This document shows positions 26,106 through 39,048 of a stretch of DNA of 64,000 bases, piece after piece (position 1 is the stretch's first letter; the number at the start of each line of letters is the position of its first letter). The notes under the pieces were generated by a model. The model saw nothing but the letters and a program-made list of their open reading frames with translations. It searched no databases and had not been told where the DNA came from. Source of the DNA: Callorhinchus milii (taxonomy: Eukaryota); NCBI RefSeq assembly GCF_018977255.1, contig NW_024704743.1, forward strand, positions 23,438,001-23,502,000, in the 5' to 3' direction. The position numbers and the translations under genes were made by a program.

Positions 26106-26608
26106 CAATGTTGTAGTCAGTACTCCAAAGGGTTTAGAAATATTTTTTCTTGAACACACTGAGTTAACCAGAGAAGATGGGTCAACTTCCAAATGCAAAA
26201 AAGGTTTGTTTGTTGTTGGTCATTCATATTGTTTTTACTCAGTTTCACAGATTGACTTCTCATTTGAAGTTCAATTTAGCTTTCTACTCTTAAACCCATT
26301 ACGGGAATTGAGAATAGAGCATGAAGGATTATTTGGTGTATCAATCATCAATCATCCAGACCTGCAATGCAGCTGGCTCCAGCTTACTTTATGTCTGTGA
26401 TATTTCAACACAGTACTAATTATGTGCTGCATTTTATCTCCTGTTAATGCATAGTGGGAAAATCTTTGTCCAAACATCACTTAAGTGAACTGATCAGTTA
26501 CGGTAAATTTGTTTTGACAACAGTATTGAGGATTTGTTTCAGATACAGAATAATGCAATAAATAAGTTTTAATTTGCTTAATGCATATCTGTTTGTTTCT
26601 GTTTTTAG

Positions 26609-26700
26609 CGTTTCTGTACTGAAGAATTGTAGTTCAGCAGAAATGTGCATTTATCTGATTCCTTACCGTATCTGAAGAGGTTATTTCCCAATCTGCTAGG
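26609..26700 (+). other. Candidate non-coding internal exon (92 nt)
   Basis: Branch-like gcttaat, pyrimidine tract ctgtttgtttctgtttttAG, consensus donor AGG|gtaagt; stop codons in all three frames. Confidence 0.35.
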
Positions 26701-26993
26701 GTAAGTCTCACTGTAGGAATTGCTGATGGCTTTACTCCTTACATCTTGGTCTCGTCGATTCTAATTTTGGCCTAAGTATTGCAGACCCCACAACACACAC
26801 AGAGTCACACTTGAAGATCAATCTGAGAGTAAATTACACAATTTTCAGTAGTTTAGAATGTTTGCAACAAGATCAATTTTCAATCTTTCAATCTATTCCT
26901 TAGGTTTAATTTATGTAATTCTGAGCTTGAACTTTTATTGAAGATTTTTTTAAGTTGTGATAGTACTAGTATTTCATATTGTTTTTGCATAAG

Positions 26994-27330
26994 CAACAAC
27001 AACAACAAGATTTCATTTATAGAGCGCCTTTCACGTCGGGAGGACGTTCCAAGGCGATGGACAGTTGAGTCAGGACCCGAGCAGGAGGGAAATGGTCAGG
27101 GTGAGGGAAGGGAGGGAGCGAGGAGGGTTTAGAGATTCGAGAGGGGAGCTGAAGGAACGGTCAAAGAGAAAGGTCTTGAGACCGGCCTTGAAGGAGGAAA
27201 GGGAGGAGGCGGCGAAGGCACTGGGGGATGGAGTTCCAGAGCCTAGGGGCTGCGAGGCTGAAGGCCCGGCCACCGATGGTAGGGCGGTTGGGGCGGGGGA
27301 TGTGGAGAAGACCGGAGCCAGAGGAATGGA
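26994..27330 (-). mobile_element. L2 3' end
   Basis: ORF SGSGLLHIPRPNRPTIGGRAFSLAAPRLWNSIP; tail stem-loop and (TTG)n. Confidence 0.95.
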
Positions 27331-28177
27331 GCCAGAGGAGCCAGAGCACCCCAAGTGCTACATTTCTTTGTGGTATCATTTGCCTCAGGTTATAAACCAT
27401 GACATAGGGAAATTTTACAGGAACTAATTATTATGGCATTTTACTTGCACTGTTAGAAATTAGCCTCCAACCCCATGTATAAGAACATAAAAGAAGAATG
27501 TAAGAAGGTCATTCATGCTATGGAGTCCAGTCCAGGTGTAATTGGGATGTATGAAATGCTGCTGGATTTGGATACTCTTAAGCATGGGTTTCCGTTCTGA
27601 CGCCCCGTCTCAAAGTGCTTGACAATGCAGGCTGGATAACCAAGCTGGGGATTGGAACCACTGGGGTAGGGAGGTATCCATGAATCTAGACCTCTCAAAT
27701 TTCTCTCGGATTTCTATGGTAATCAAGCCAAACCCTATATTAGGACATTAACCTAGTATTTTAAATACATTATTAAACCCTGACAAACTGTATTGAACAG
27801 ATGAAGCTTACATGCTTTTAGCAGCACAAAATTCACACTGCTTATAGTCCATTTAATCATCTGTATCTATACTTAGAACCTTGAATTCTGTTCTATTCCA
27901 CACATTCAGGTTTTCTTTAAAGCAATTAATCAGCATTAATTAGTTTTGATAGGAATCTTTTCCATCTAAGCACATCTCTCTTCTCTGAACCTTCTTCAAT
28001 GCATCAGTGAATTTTTGAGAATAGGATGCTCATTTCTGCAAAGAACAGTTCTGACTAGTCATCTGGAGGAGATTAGATTTACTAATTTCTCGCGATCAAA
28101 TGCCTATGTGAAACATACAATTACAATCTGCTTTATGTAACTCTGATATATCCATGGATAAGGTTCCTGTGCAGCTA

Positions 28178-28400
28178 CAGCAACTTGCATTTATATAGCG
28201 CCTCTCACACAGGGTGGCATCCCAAAGCGCTTGAACCACAGTGCTTGACTAGCCTTGCTGATTAAAATACTGTATACTTTCATGAGTAATACTATAATAA
28301 TCCTTGCATTTGATTATGCCCTATCATAATGTTGAGATGTCTTAAAATGCTTTACAGAATATGCTGTAAGTGAATTGACTATATATTTTGTGGGCGAAAA
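28178..28400 (-). mobile_element. L2b tail (28178-28240) and SINE-A 3' fragment (28295-28400)
   Basis: caacttgcatttatatagcgcctctcacacagggtggcatcccaaagcgc; aatccttgcatttg...gtgaattgactatatattttgtgggcgaaa. Confidence 0.75.
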
Positions 28401-28639
28401 GGTGAACGGTTAACAATTACACTCAAGTCCTCTTCCTTGTTCCACCCTTGACAGTGGTTGTCCATTCTTTAGGCACTAGTTTCTCCTGTTACATGTTCCA
28501 TTATGTAATACTTTACGTTGATCAGCAATAAAATCTACCTGCTCTTCCTCAGTCCATCCAAATTTGGGCAGTTTCAATTAACTATTATCAGCTTCTCCTA
28601 AACGAAAACAATTAATTTGCAAAGTTGGGTTTGTTTTCA

Positions 28640-29000
28640 TTGGAGCGGAAAAGGTTAAGTGGGGACCCGATGGAGGTGCACAAAATGATAAGGGGTTTGA
28701 TAAGATAAATAGGGAAAAACAATTTCCACTGATAGGGGAGTTAGTGACTTGGGGACATAGATTTAATATAGCCACAAGAACTGTGAAAGGAGAGCTGAGA
28801 CAAAATGTTTTCACTCAGAGTGGTGTTGGGATGTGGAAATGCCCTGCAAGTAAGGTGGTAGGAGCAAAGTCTATTATAGTATGAAGAGGGAAGTAGATGG
28901 ATTAGAGGCTTGAAGGGGTAGGGGCATTGCAGGGAAGTGAGGTTGAAACTGCAGCTTGCTCTACGACCTGGGTGCAGACTTGATGGGCTGTCTCAAACCA
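28640..29000 (+). mobile_element. CR1 3' end
   Basis: Translates KMIRGFDKINREKQFPLIGELVTWGHRFNI, then aatgttttcactcagag and a UTR ending gacttgatgggctg. Confidence 0.85.
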
Positions 29001-29496
29001 TGGTGATGCTGCCTTATAAGCTCTAAATTTTTTAGACAAGCATTGCTATCACCATGTACAATACTGTAACACACCTGAACTGTAGATAACAGTTCAACCT
29101 CCTTGATTAATCCGTTTTTTAAAAATAAGATAATATTTCTATGCTCTTTGCGATCAGTGCAGGCCTTGATTTACGGAGCTCCTAACATTTTTAATTGCAT
29201 GCCTTCATTCCTTTCCTTGCCTAGGTCATCTGCACCAATTACCCTGCAGACATCAATTTTCTTTAAACTTTTTCATCCTACGTTGTGCCTAACTGACCTC
29301 TACATATTTTACACATTGTTGGATCATTTGGCTAGGTTTTGAATATGATAATAGACCGTGTTGTAAAACTGAAGTGCACAATTGCTTTAAAGCATTTGCT
29401 GCTTTCTGATTCTCTTCCCCCACACCCCCACCATATTAATGAGATGCCCAACGTATTCATTAGCTATTCGTTAAAATGAATTGTGGAAAAATCCAT

Positions 29497-29665
29497 ATTA
29501 ATAATAATCCATGCATTTGATATAGCACCTTATCACATCTTCAAGGCGTCTAAAAATGCTTCACAGAATATACTGTAAAGTGAATAGGGTATACATTTTG
29601 TGGGCAAAACGCGGCAGCCAATTGCACGCAAGCAAACAGCGGTGGATTGAAGTGACCAATTTTTT
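29497..29665 (-). mobile_element. SINE-A 3' fragment
   Basis: taataatccatgcatttgatatagcaccttatcac...gcggcagccaattgc...ggattgaagtgaccaat. Confidence 0.9.
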
Positions 29666-29927
29666 TTGTCTTTAAATTTTAAGAGTCAAATAGAATTTTT
29701 TTCAAACTCAAATAATAGACCCAAACTTTTACTCAGTCTTAAACTGCAAGAAGATTTTGTCTTAAAATTTACGATTGTGCAGAATTGTGGAAAATTCCTA
29801 AATCCAGATTTAATTTGGAAGCCAGTTTCCTGCAGATATTAAAAAGAAAAGACTTCCAAATTCAGACTGAACTGAAACATTTCCCACAAATATGTGTTAT
29901 TTTGTATTTTAAGTCAAATTGACATAT

Positions 29928-30208
29928 GAGTCCTGTAGCTCAGTGGTTAGAGCAATCGCCTTGCAAGCAAAACACCTGGGTTCAGTTCCAGGCAGGACGA
30001 AACCTTGGGCAAATTTCCTTACTCCACACGCCTAATGATAATCCCTCCAAAAAACGATAATAACTTGGTCACTTCAATCCACAACTGCCGCATTTCGCCC
30101 ACAAATATACAGTCAATTTACTGTCTATTCTGTGAAGCGCTTTGAGACGTCGATAAAACGTGAAAAGCACTATATCAAATGCAAGGATTATTATTATTAT
30201 TATTATTA
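29928..30208 (+). mobile_element. SINE-A short form with internal deletion
   Basis: Full head; deletion between repeated ctg (acaactg|ccgc); (TTA)n tail. Confidence 0.95.
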
Positions 30209-31214
30209 TAAGTTATAAAATATAGGCATTGTTTCATGGTAAAATGCACCTTCTGAGAGACTTTTTCCCAGAATCTCAAGATCACATTATTAATACCTGT
30301 ATTTCATAACTGAAGCAGAAATGATGAAAGATTAACTTAGGATACTTTTCAAATTCAAAAGGGTAGTCAGGATACAGTAGTAGCAGTTTACAATATTCCT
30401 TTGATACAACAACTACCTTAGCAACTGAGGTGTCATGAAATTTTTATGATACTGTTAATCATCTAAAGGGTTTCAAGCGGAAACAGGCTGAGACAAGGTG
30501 AAATTTCAGGCGTCTATAACATTTCCTCTCTATCTTTCTGTTTCAGGCACAGCTCAATAAAACCGTTATATTCTTATCATCTAAAGAATGGGTATCTTCA
30601 TCAGGCTTTTGTTCATGCTACAGTAATAATGCATTGCTTCTGGCTTAGCTTTTCTTGTATTGGCAAATGGTATTTAGAAACTATGCTATCCCTGTTATCA
30701 ATCAACAAACTAAATAATGGTATTACTGCTTGTTAAATTACATGGTGTTCCTAGGATTCCTCCTGAAATCATGTGGGAACATGCATAAGAAATGATGGGA
30801 AATCTGTGATCTGCTCATTTGTACATGAGCAGAGTTCCACCTGATCTCTCCCTGTGCTCCCAGTCAGCACAGGTCCAATTTGTATAATGATAATATTGTG
30901 AAGTATTGTACCTGGCTAGTATTTATAGTTGGCTCCACTGCACAGTGTTGTGACTTGTAATACACAAAATAAATAGGTTATGACAGACTCAGCTCCACAG
31001 CTTTCTCGGTGTACTGAGATCTAGAGCTTTCGTGTACTATGAGTAGGAAACATAGGGTAACAATTCTGTTCAGTGTTGTACTCTAGCATTGTGCCTAACA
31101 GTGAATGTAATTTTTACTCCTGTGTTTCTGTGTGTGAAGTGTACCACGTTTTAGGATAATTCCACTCAAAATACTCTAAAGGGGAAGGACTGAAGCATCA
31201 AGACCACTCGTTTA

Positions 31215-31390
31215 GCTTCTCCGAAAGCCCACTTTCCAAAGGTCAGTGTGGAACTGAACTATACAACACCGGCAGGTCCCAGGTTGAATCTCCAGTCTGC
31301 ACTGAGTTGGTTCACCTGAACTCTGAGTAGGAGCAAAACAACTTGTTATAGCACAGTGAGGAAGCGGGGAAGGTCTGATAAATCAGCTTC
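31215..31390 (+). mobile_element. SINE-C, decayed
   Basis: gtgtggaactgaactatac...ggtcccaggttgaatctccagtctgcactgagttgg...aaatcagc. Confidence 0.55.
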
Positions 31391-31599
31391 CAAATCAAGA
31401 TTAAATTTGAAAATTTATGAAATTCTGCATGACCTTACATTTTAAGTTTTGTCTGTTAACGACACAGGAAGATAATAATCTTTACGTTTTTCTTACATTT
31501 GGTATACCGCCTTTCACATCAGGAGGACGTCTCAAAACACTTCACAGATATGCTGTAAACAATAACAACAAAACATATTGCATTTAAATACCTCCATTC

Positions 31600-33488
31600 A
31601 TCTCTCTCTTTTCTAGCACCTTTCATGTCCACCTTTCCCTGCTCTCTCTCCACCCTCCTCACCTCCGATCTCTGCTTGACACCCCCCCCCCACCCCACTG
31701 CCTCCCTCTGCTCCGGCATGGGAATCCTCCGCCGGGCTCATCGTGCCACTCAGCGCTGGCTGTCCAGCAGCAGCCACACCGACTGCCCCACTCCCCACTA
31801 CCGCCGCAAGCCACCCCTGACCCAAACCCCGGGGGCTAACCTCTCCTCCCTCATCTGCATCCCCACCCTCCCTCCCAGCCAACACACTAGGCCCTCCCAT
31901 CCCACACATCCCCCTGCCAACTGTCCACCAACCCTCCTGCTCCTCAGACTTCTCCTCTCTCCTCTCCTCTCTCAACCTCTCCTTCCTTATCCACTCTGCT
32001 ACCTACACCCACAGTCACCCGCTCGACCTGATGATCATCCGGGGCCTCAGCGTCTCGGATGTCACCATCACTGACAAGGCCATCTCTGACCAGCATGTCA
32101 TCTCCCTCAACTCCCATATCCCTCTCCCCACTGCCTCCAAACCTACCACCATCTTCTACCGCCCGTGGAAGAAGATCTCCCCGCAATCCCTCCCCGCTGC
32201 CCTGGAGTCCTCTGAACTCCTCCCCCTCTCGCCCACCTCTCGCACCAACCCACTCGCCGCACTCACTCTTCTCCACAGAACCCTCTCCACCACATTCAAC
32301 ATCCTTGCCCCCCTCACCTCCTGAACTGCCTCCTATTCCCGATCCTCACCCTGATTCACCAGCCACCTCCGCTTGCTTAAGGGCAGGTGCGTCTGCCGAA
32401 TGCATTTGGCTCAAATCCAGCCTAATTGTCCACCGCCACATCTGGCTGGACCTCATCAAAACATACCGCTCTGCTCTCGCCTCGGCCAAATCATCCTTCT
32501 ATTCCAGGTTAATCCTGGAGGTGAAAGACAATCTCAGGTTCCTGTTCTCCACCACCAACCGGCTCCTCCACCTTCCATGCCTCACAAATTCTTTCCTCTA
32601 ACTATCACTGCGAGAAAATGCTGAACTTACTTGAGTCTAAAATCGAGGGAATCCGTTCAGCTGCCACTGCCCTCCCAACTTCCAACCCCTCCCTACCCCC
32701 ACCCCACACAACTACCATCCGACGATTACCCATCCCTCCTTCCACACCTTTGAACCTGTCACCTCCTCCTCTGTCTTCACCACCGTAACCTCCATGAAGC
32801 TCACCACCTGCTCCCTGGACCCCATCTGTACCTCTCTCCTTAAATCCCAGCTCCACTTCCTTGCTCCACTACTCGCCGACATCATTAACCTTTCCCTGTC
32901 ATCTGGCACTGTTCCTTCCCCCCTTAAAACAGCCACTATCACTCCGACCTTGAAGAAACCTTCTCCTTGATCCATCACAGCTCTCCAGCTATCGGCCAAT
33001 CTCCAACCTTCCTTTCCTGTCCAAGGTCCTTGAGAGACCCGTTGCCTCCCAGCTTCGCTCATTCCTCTTCTCTCACTCCCTCCATGAACCCCTTCAATCG
33101 GGTTTCTGTGCGTCCACAGCACAGAAACTGCTCTGGTCAAGGTCACAAACAACATCCTGACCATGTGCGACCAGGGCTCCCTCTGCCTCCTCGTCCTCCT
33201 CGACCTCTCCGTGGCCTTTGACATCTCAGCCTCTCTGCCCCCACATTCTCGAACTCCATCCCACAGTCCCTTCGCTTCACTTCGTCCCTTGCCTCCTTCA
33301 AGGCTGGTCTCAAGATTATTTTCTTCGATTGTGCCTTCAGTCACCCTCCCACCTCTCTGCCTTCCCTCACCCCTACACCATCCCTCCCCATGCTCGGGTC
33401 CTGACCCCTGACTATTCAGCGCTTTGGGACATCCTCCCAATGCGAAAGGTGCCTATAAATGTAATTTGGTTGTTGTTGCTATTGTTGT
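31600..33488 (+). mobile_element. L2a LINE: endonuclease C-terminus, linker and RT N-terminus joined by a large deletion to the 3' end
   Basis: APE motif LDLMIIRGL...AISDQH; STETALVKVTNNIL; LLVLLDLSVAFD; 3' UTR and tail gcgctttgggacatcctcccaatgcgaaaggtgc; many frameshifts. Confidence 0.95.
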
Positions 33489-33494
33489 TCATGA

Positions 33495-33800
33495 CCAGAG
33501 GACTTCCCAAGGCGTTGAAAAGTGCAGTGACTGTGTACTGTCTGGGCAAATGCATCAACCAATTGCCCACAACAGTGTCCCACAAACAGCCATGAAGTGT
33601 AACCAATTTTTTTATTTTGGGGATTTGTTGACCAGGAGACTGGGAGAAACACCTTTCTGTTTTCAAATAGTGCCATGGGATCTTTGATGTCCACCTGAAC
33701 AGGTTAATGGGACCTCATTTTAGCTACTCTTCCAAAGGACGGCACCTCCAACAATGCAGCATACACTCAACACTGCATTGCAGTGTACCTTAGACTATAT
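33495..33800 (-). mobile_element. SINE-B lacking head
   Basis: gtgccatgggatctttgatgtccacctgaacagg (reverse Deu core); cacaacagtgtcccacaaacagcc. Confidence 0.9.
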
Positions 33801-34369
33801 TTGCTTCTCTTGTTGAGAAGCTCCCAAAGTCACTATGGTATTTTATAGAGATATTTCTGTAGGTTTGTCACTGGGCACATCATTTTAACATCTAGCGGCT
33901 GTCTTAGCAGCTTAAAATTGTTATCAAATTTCATACACTGCCCAACTTTACAACACACCTATAGCCGATGGTTTATGTGTATAGAAACTGTCTTTCCAGG
34001 TGCGTTCATCCATAACTCAGTTCATCCATAACTCCCAATCCCCAGTTCTTGCACAAAATCAGTAAACATCTATTTGGTCAGCCACATGTCTGACATATGT
34101 GGAAATCTATCATTATGCTTAGTGGTATCCCAACCAGTCTGAAAGTACCATATACACATGTCGTCTATGCATGGAAATGTTGCCACCTGAATGGAATGCA
34201 CACTGTGTCTGACCTATATATATAGGAATGACCTATAGGAGCTCAGAACCATTAAGGAGAATTCTTTAGACCCGTGCCTTATATGCCACAAGCTTAACAC
34301 CTGCATCAGAACTTTGCTGTCACTGAAGAGAAATGAGAACAACAAGCATGCTTGATAGTCCTGGATTTA

Positions 34370-35320
34370 CACTGGAGCTGGGGTTGGGAGCCAAGGTGGG
34401 GGTGGTGGGGGCGCATGGGGGAAGGTCTTGAGACAGATCTTGAAGGAGGCGAGGGAAGGAGCGAGTCGAAGGGACTCCGGGAAGGAATGGGAGCAGATAC
34501 GCTTAAAGCCCAACCACCAATGGTGGGGTGTGGGACGTAAAGCAATAATAATAATAATAATCCTTGCATTTGATATAGCGCTTTTCACGTCGGGAGGACT
34601 TCCCAAAGCGCTTCACAGAACACACTGTGAATTGACTGTATATTTGTGGGCGAACGCGGCAGCCAATTGCGCACAGCAATGTCCCACAAACAGTCATAGA
34701 TTGAAAATGACCAATTTATTATTGTTTTGGGTTTTTGGAGGGATTATTATTAGGCGTGTGGAATAAGGAAACTTGCCCAAGGTTTCGCCCTGACCTGCCT
34801 GGAATTGAACTCAGGTCTCTCACTTGCAAAGCGAGTGCTCCAACCACTGAGCTACAGGACTCCGCAAAGCAAGCTGCTGAGCAGAGGGAGTGGACAAATT
34901 GGTAGAGTTTGAGGAGGTCTCAAAGGTAGTTTGAGGCAAACCAATGAGGGATTTAAATGTTAGGACATCTCAATCGCTAGGGGATGGGGAACCAGGCAAG
35001 GATGGGGTGGTGGGCTCACAGAAACTGAATCAGGAGAGCACTTGAGCTGCAGACTTCTGGATAGTCTGCCGCCTGTGTAGCGAAGAGCTGGGGAGTCAAA
35101 TTCACAGAGTGTTGGTGTAGTTAAGCCTGGACGTGATAAAGGTGTGGATGAGGCCCTCAGTGGCTCGAGGGGAGATGCAGTGGTGGAGCAGGTAAGAGCA
35201 TGGACAGTGGGGGTTTGAAAAACAATTGGGAGTCAAACAAGACATCAAGGCTCCACACTGGCTTTGCGAGGTGCAGTGTGCATTAAAACAGATTGATGCT
35301 CTCAGTGCCTGAGGTGAAAT
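34370..35320 (-). mobile_element. L2 3' fragment, decayed, interrupted by SINE-A
   Basis: ORF PHPTIGGWALSVSAP; gtagttaagcctggacgtgataaaggtgtggatgag (reverse of LIHTFITSRLNY). Confidence 0.85.
34544..34863 (-). mobile_element. SINE-A short form, youngest subfamily, with TSD
   Basis: Near-identical to 52115; flanked by gtaaagcaa (34537-34545) and gcaaagcaa (34864-34872). Confidence 0.97.
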
Positions 35321-36079
35321 ATAGAACTCTGGGGAGGCCTTTTTCCTTCCATTGTGGGTGATGCAGTTAATTCACAGATAATTTTCTGTGATCAACTCTG
35401 GCAAATATAACATGTTGAGACAGATCTCTGTTGAGCAGTACTGCATATCTAATTGCAGACTTCATGTTGACTAACATTTAAGCAAGATCCATGGAGCGCG
35501 TGTACTGAATCCTTTTCATATTTCTGATGTCCGGGTTAGTCCATTACAATTCAGCATCCCACTGTTGTGAAATAGGCTTCTGACTATTCCACAACATTGG
35601 GAAACTGAATTGTAATGGAGGTGAATCCCTGCTGTAACCTTGTGTGCACTATATTTGTGTAGGGTTCAGGTAATATTACAGAACTGAATAAAAAGTCAGT
35701 GCAGATAATACTAGCGCTGAATAGCACCCATTACATTTGGCATGGAAAATGTCTGACTTAATTTGGCAGTGATCAGAAGAGAGGTTTGGTTTGTCACTTA
35801 CCAAATGCTTTTGTGATTCACAGATACAGCTCATGCTGACTTGCTATCCCCAAATAACTCGATTTCTTGTAGCAGTCAGATATTTTGCTTATCTCATCGA
35901 GATTTTCGTTTTGGTCAAAGCAATGGACTGATACAATATAATTCCTTCCTAATAGGAACATAAGAAAATGGGAAGTAGAGAAGGCCAGTCAACTCATCAA
36001 GCCTGTTCTATCAGTCTGTTAGATCTTGAAGGATATTTTAATTCTAATGCCACCCTTTCATTGTACTCCTTTTATACCT

Positions 36080-36598
36080 GAAAGAAGTTTCTCCCGGTTT
36101 CCTGCCCAAGAATCCCGAAATAAAATTGGTCATTCACTTTGTGACTGTTAATAATAATAATAATAATCCTTGTATTTGATATTGCGCTTTTCATGTCTTC
36201 TAGATGTCTCAAAGCACTTGACAGAATGTATTGTAAAGTGAATTGACTATATATTTGTGGGAGAAACACAGCAGCCAATCGCGCACAGCAGTGTCCCCAA
36301 ACAGTCGTGGATTGAAGTGACCAATTTATTATTGTTTTTTTTCTTGAGGGATTATTATCAGGCGTGTGGAGTAAGGAAACTTGCCCAAGATATCACCCTG
36401 CCGGGAATCAAACCCAGGTCTCTTGCTTGCGAGGCGATTGCTTTAACCACTGAGCTACAGTACTCCACAAGCTGTTGTGGGATATTGCTGTGTTTACGTA
36501 TAAAATACAGTCTCTATACTTTACAATAAATTCTTTGAAGTACTTTGAGATATTTCAAGCACTTGATAAAGCACTATATCAATTGCAAGGATTGTATT
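36080..36598 (+). mobile_element. SINE-B 3' half split by SINE-A
   Basis: gaagtttctcccggtttcctgcccaag...aaaattggtcattcactt, resuming as gctgttgtgggatattgctgtg...gcaaggattg. Confidence 0.75.
36149..36466 (-). mobile_element. SINE-A short form
   Basis: Complete reverse copy from (taa)n to ccactgagctacagtactcc. Confidence 0.95.
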
Positions 36599-36959
36599 AC
36601 CCCTATTGCTCAAGTATCTGTCTTTCTCTCATTTAATCATCCCTATCGATTCCACCTCTACAGCTTTCTGGGGCAGATCATTCCACATTGTTACAACCCT
36701 ATGTGTAAAGAAATATTTCCTGACCCAAGTTCGAACTGTCTTGATCCTGATTTTAAGAATCTGTCACCATGTAATGTATCTCTTTACCAAAGGGAAGACT
36801 CATCCACCAGCTAACCTGTCGGTCCTTTTCACTGTTTTAAATACCTCAGTCAAATCACCCCTTAGATTTCACTGCTCTGAGAAATATAACTCAGGTCTAC
36901 CCAGCCGTATATCTGGCTAGACCTTGGTCTTCATCCCAAGTATGAATCTAATGCATGAA

Positions 36960-37730
36960 TGACAACAACAAAACTTGCATTTGTATAGGGCCTTTCACAT
37001 GGAATAACTTGTCGTAGCACCTTACAGAGATGGTGTCAGGCACGGTAGAGGGATATTGGGGAGGGGATCAGGGAAAATGACCGTAGACCTGCTCAATAAG
37101 GTAGGCTTTCAGGTGACTCAAAGACAGATGGCAGAAGATTGCCTGCTTTTCTGTAAAGCATAGTGACTGTGTTTTTGAGGCAAGTTCTAAGTTGAAGCAA
37201 TAAATTGAAGTATTGTGGGTTCACAAACAGTCAAGTACAGCGATTAAATGCCAGATCATCCTTTGGTTGTGGCGATAACAGCCACAACTTGCATTTATAG
37301 AGCTCCTTTGGTGTGGGTAATATCTTGGAGCACTTAGCAGTGGTGTAACATGAAATGCTTACCTATTCAAGTGAAAAGAAACATTAAGAAGCATTTCCCA
37401 GTATAACACAATGCAATACAAAATTACATTTGTATAACGCCTTTCACATCGGGAGGATGTCGCGGTGGAAGAAGAGGGTCTTGAGATGTACCTTGAAGGA
37501 GTCAAGGGAGGGAGTAAGGCAAAGGGAATGTGGGATGGAGTTGTAAAGGGTGGGAGCATAGAGGCTGAAGGCCCGACTACTGATGGTGGGGCGGGCTGGG
37601 CAGGGCAAAGCCTGCTGAGTGGAAGTAGCAGACAGGTTGATATGGGCTTAGTAGGTCACAGAGGTAGGAAGGCGCAAGGCCATAGAGGACTTTGAAGGGG
37701 AGGGCGAGGATTTTGAGTCCATACTATTAT
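36960..37730 (-). mobile_element. Cluster of L2 3' remnants (36960-37130, 37280-37335, 37405-37730)
   Basis: Three tail motifs, e.g. aaattacatttgtataacgcctttcacatcgggaggatgtc followed by gagggtcttgag...ggagttg. Confidence 0.75.
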
Positions 37731-38129
37731 GGTGCAGAGCTTTATGTACTTTAGGTAGAATTATTATATTGAATCTTTAGAGGAATAGTCTCCTAATCCC
37801 ATGATAGGCAGCAAGTGTGTAAAAATCAAGTTGGATAGTTAGGGTTGAATACTCCAATTTGAGTGTTTATGAGAACAAAGAATCCATTTCTCTGGATAGT
37901 TTGGATGGAATAATGTCAGGCAATGTTGCAGGCTACAGTATTTCTATTTTTCTGGTGTATTCATATCTGCAATTTAAATGTCATTTAAATATTCCAAATA
38001 TCTTCAGCAATGATATTGATATAGAATCTAAAGGAGGAATTACCTTTTTCTTAAAAAAGACTAGTTATATTTACTCTGTTTTCAAAAAAATTAAAATTAG
38101 ATAGTGAATATGAAGGAGCAAACAATTGA

Positions 38130-38482
38130 TTTAATAATACTAATCTTCAGATTTGATTTATCACATCGTCAAAAAGCCTCAAAGAATTTATTATGAAATG
38201 TAGTGACTGTGTATTGGTAGGTGAACCCTGTAGCTAGTTTGCACACCGCAACGTCCCGCAAACAAGCATGAAGTGAATAACCAATTTTATCTGGACGATT
38301 TATGGCCAGGACACTGAAAGTTACCTTCACTTTTTGAATAGTGCTAACGGAATTTTTAACATCCACTTGAACATTGGATCATGGTCTCATCAAAACAACA
38401 GTACCGGTGGCAGAAGTCCCTCAGCCTAATTGAACCCACAACCTTCTGATTCGCAGTGCTACCCCTGAGCCAGGCTGGTGCT
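38130..38482 (-). mobile_element. SINE-B, decayed
   Basis: gtcccgcaaacaagc; tggccaggacactg; tttttaacatccacttgaac; gaacccacaaccttctgattc...ctgagccaggctg. Confidence 0.75.
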
Positions 38483-38697
38483 TCAAAAAAACATATTATA
38501 ATCTGATTCGCATGTGCTTTGCTTTGGTCTCTTAACACAACTAAGTCTATTTTGCTTGCTTGAAGAACCTGTGAATTTCAAGTGCAGTTGCTGAAATTTT
38601 TGCAAGAATGAATAGCTGAGAGTGATGTGTATATCAACTGTAGACGGTGTGAGAAAATATTCAATGCCCAAAGTGAACAACCACCATCTGTTTTTGT

Positions 38698-39048
38698 GGA
38701 CTCCTGTAGCGTAATGGTTAGAGCACTTGCCTCCCAAGTGAGAGGATCCGGGTTCGACTCAAGAACAGGATGAAACATTAGGCAAATTTCCTTACTTCAT
38801 GCACCTCTGTTTACCTAGAACTAATTGGGAACTTGGCTGTTGGTTGATTTCCAGGGGTAATTATCCCATCAAAAAAAAGAAATAATAATTTGGTCACTAA
38901 ATCCACGACTGTTTGTGGGAAAATGACTGCTGTGTTTCGCCCACAAAATATAGTCAATTCACTTTGCAGTATATTTTTGAAGCGCTTTGAGACTTCTCAA
39001 CAACGTGATAAGGTGATATATCAAATGCAAGGTTTTTTTTGGTTATTA
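38698..39048 (+). mobile_element. SINE-A long form
   Basis: Head with B-box ggttcgactc; insert cctctgtttacctagaactaattgggaacttgg; tail. Confidence 0.9.

Larger units (their letters stand above)
35953..36960 (-). mobile_element. CR1 3' fragment, split by nested SINEs
   Basis: taggaacataagaa...aggcc terminus; resumes at ~36599 with gggcagatcattccacattgttacaaccctatgtgtaaagaaatatttcc. Confidence 0.8.

Noticed and set aside
25972..26400. 142-aa ORF
   Set aside because: TTG start inside a CR1 3' remnant; no recognisable domain
31613..33440. Long Pro/Ser- or Gly/Glu-rich ORFs (120-242 aa)
   Set aside because: Alternative-frame or antisense read-through of C-rich L2 sequence
34004..34035. 16-bp tandem duplication gttcatccataactc(a/c)
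   Set aside because: Ordinary slippage duplication with no further structure
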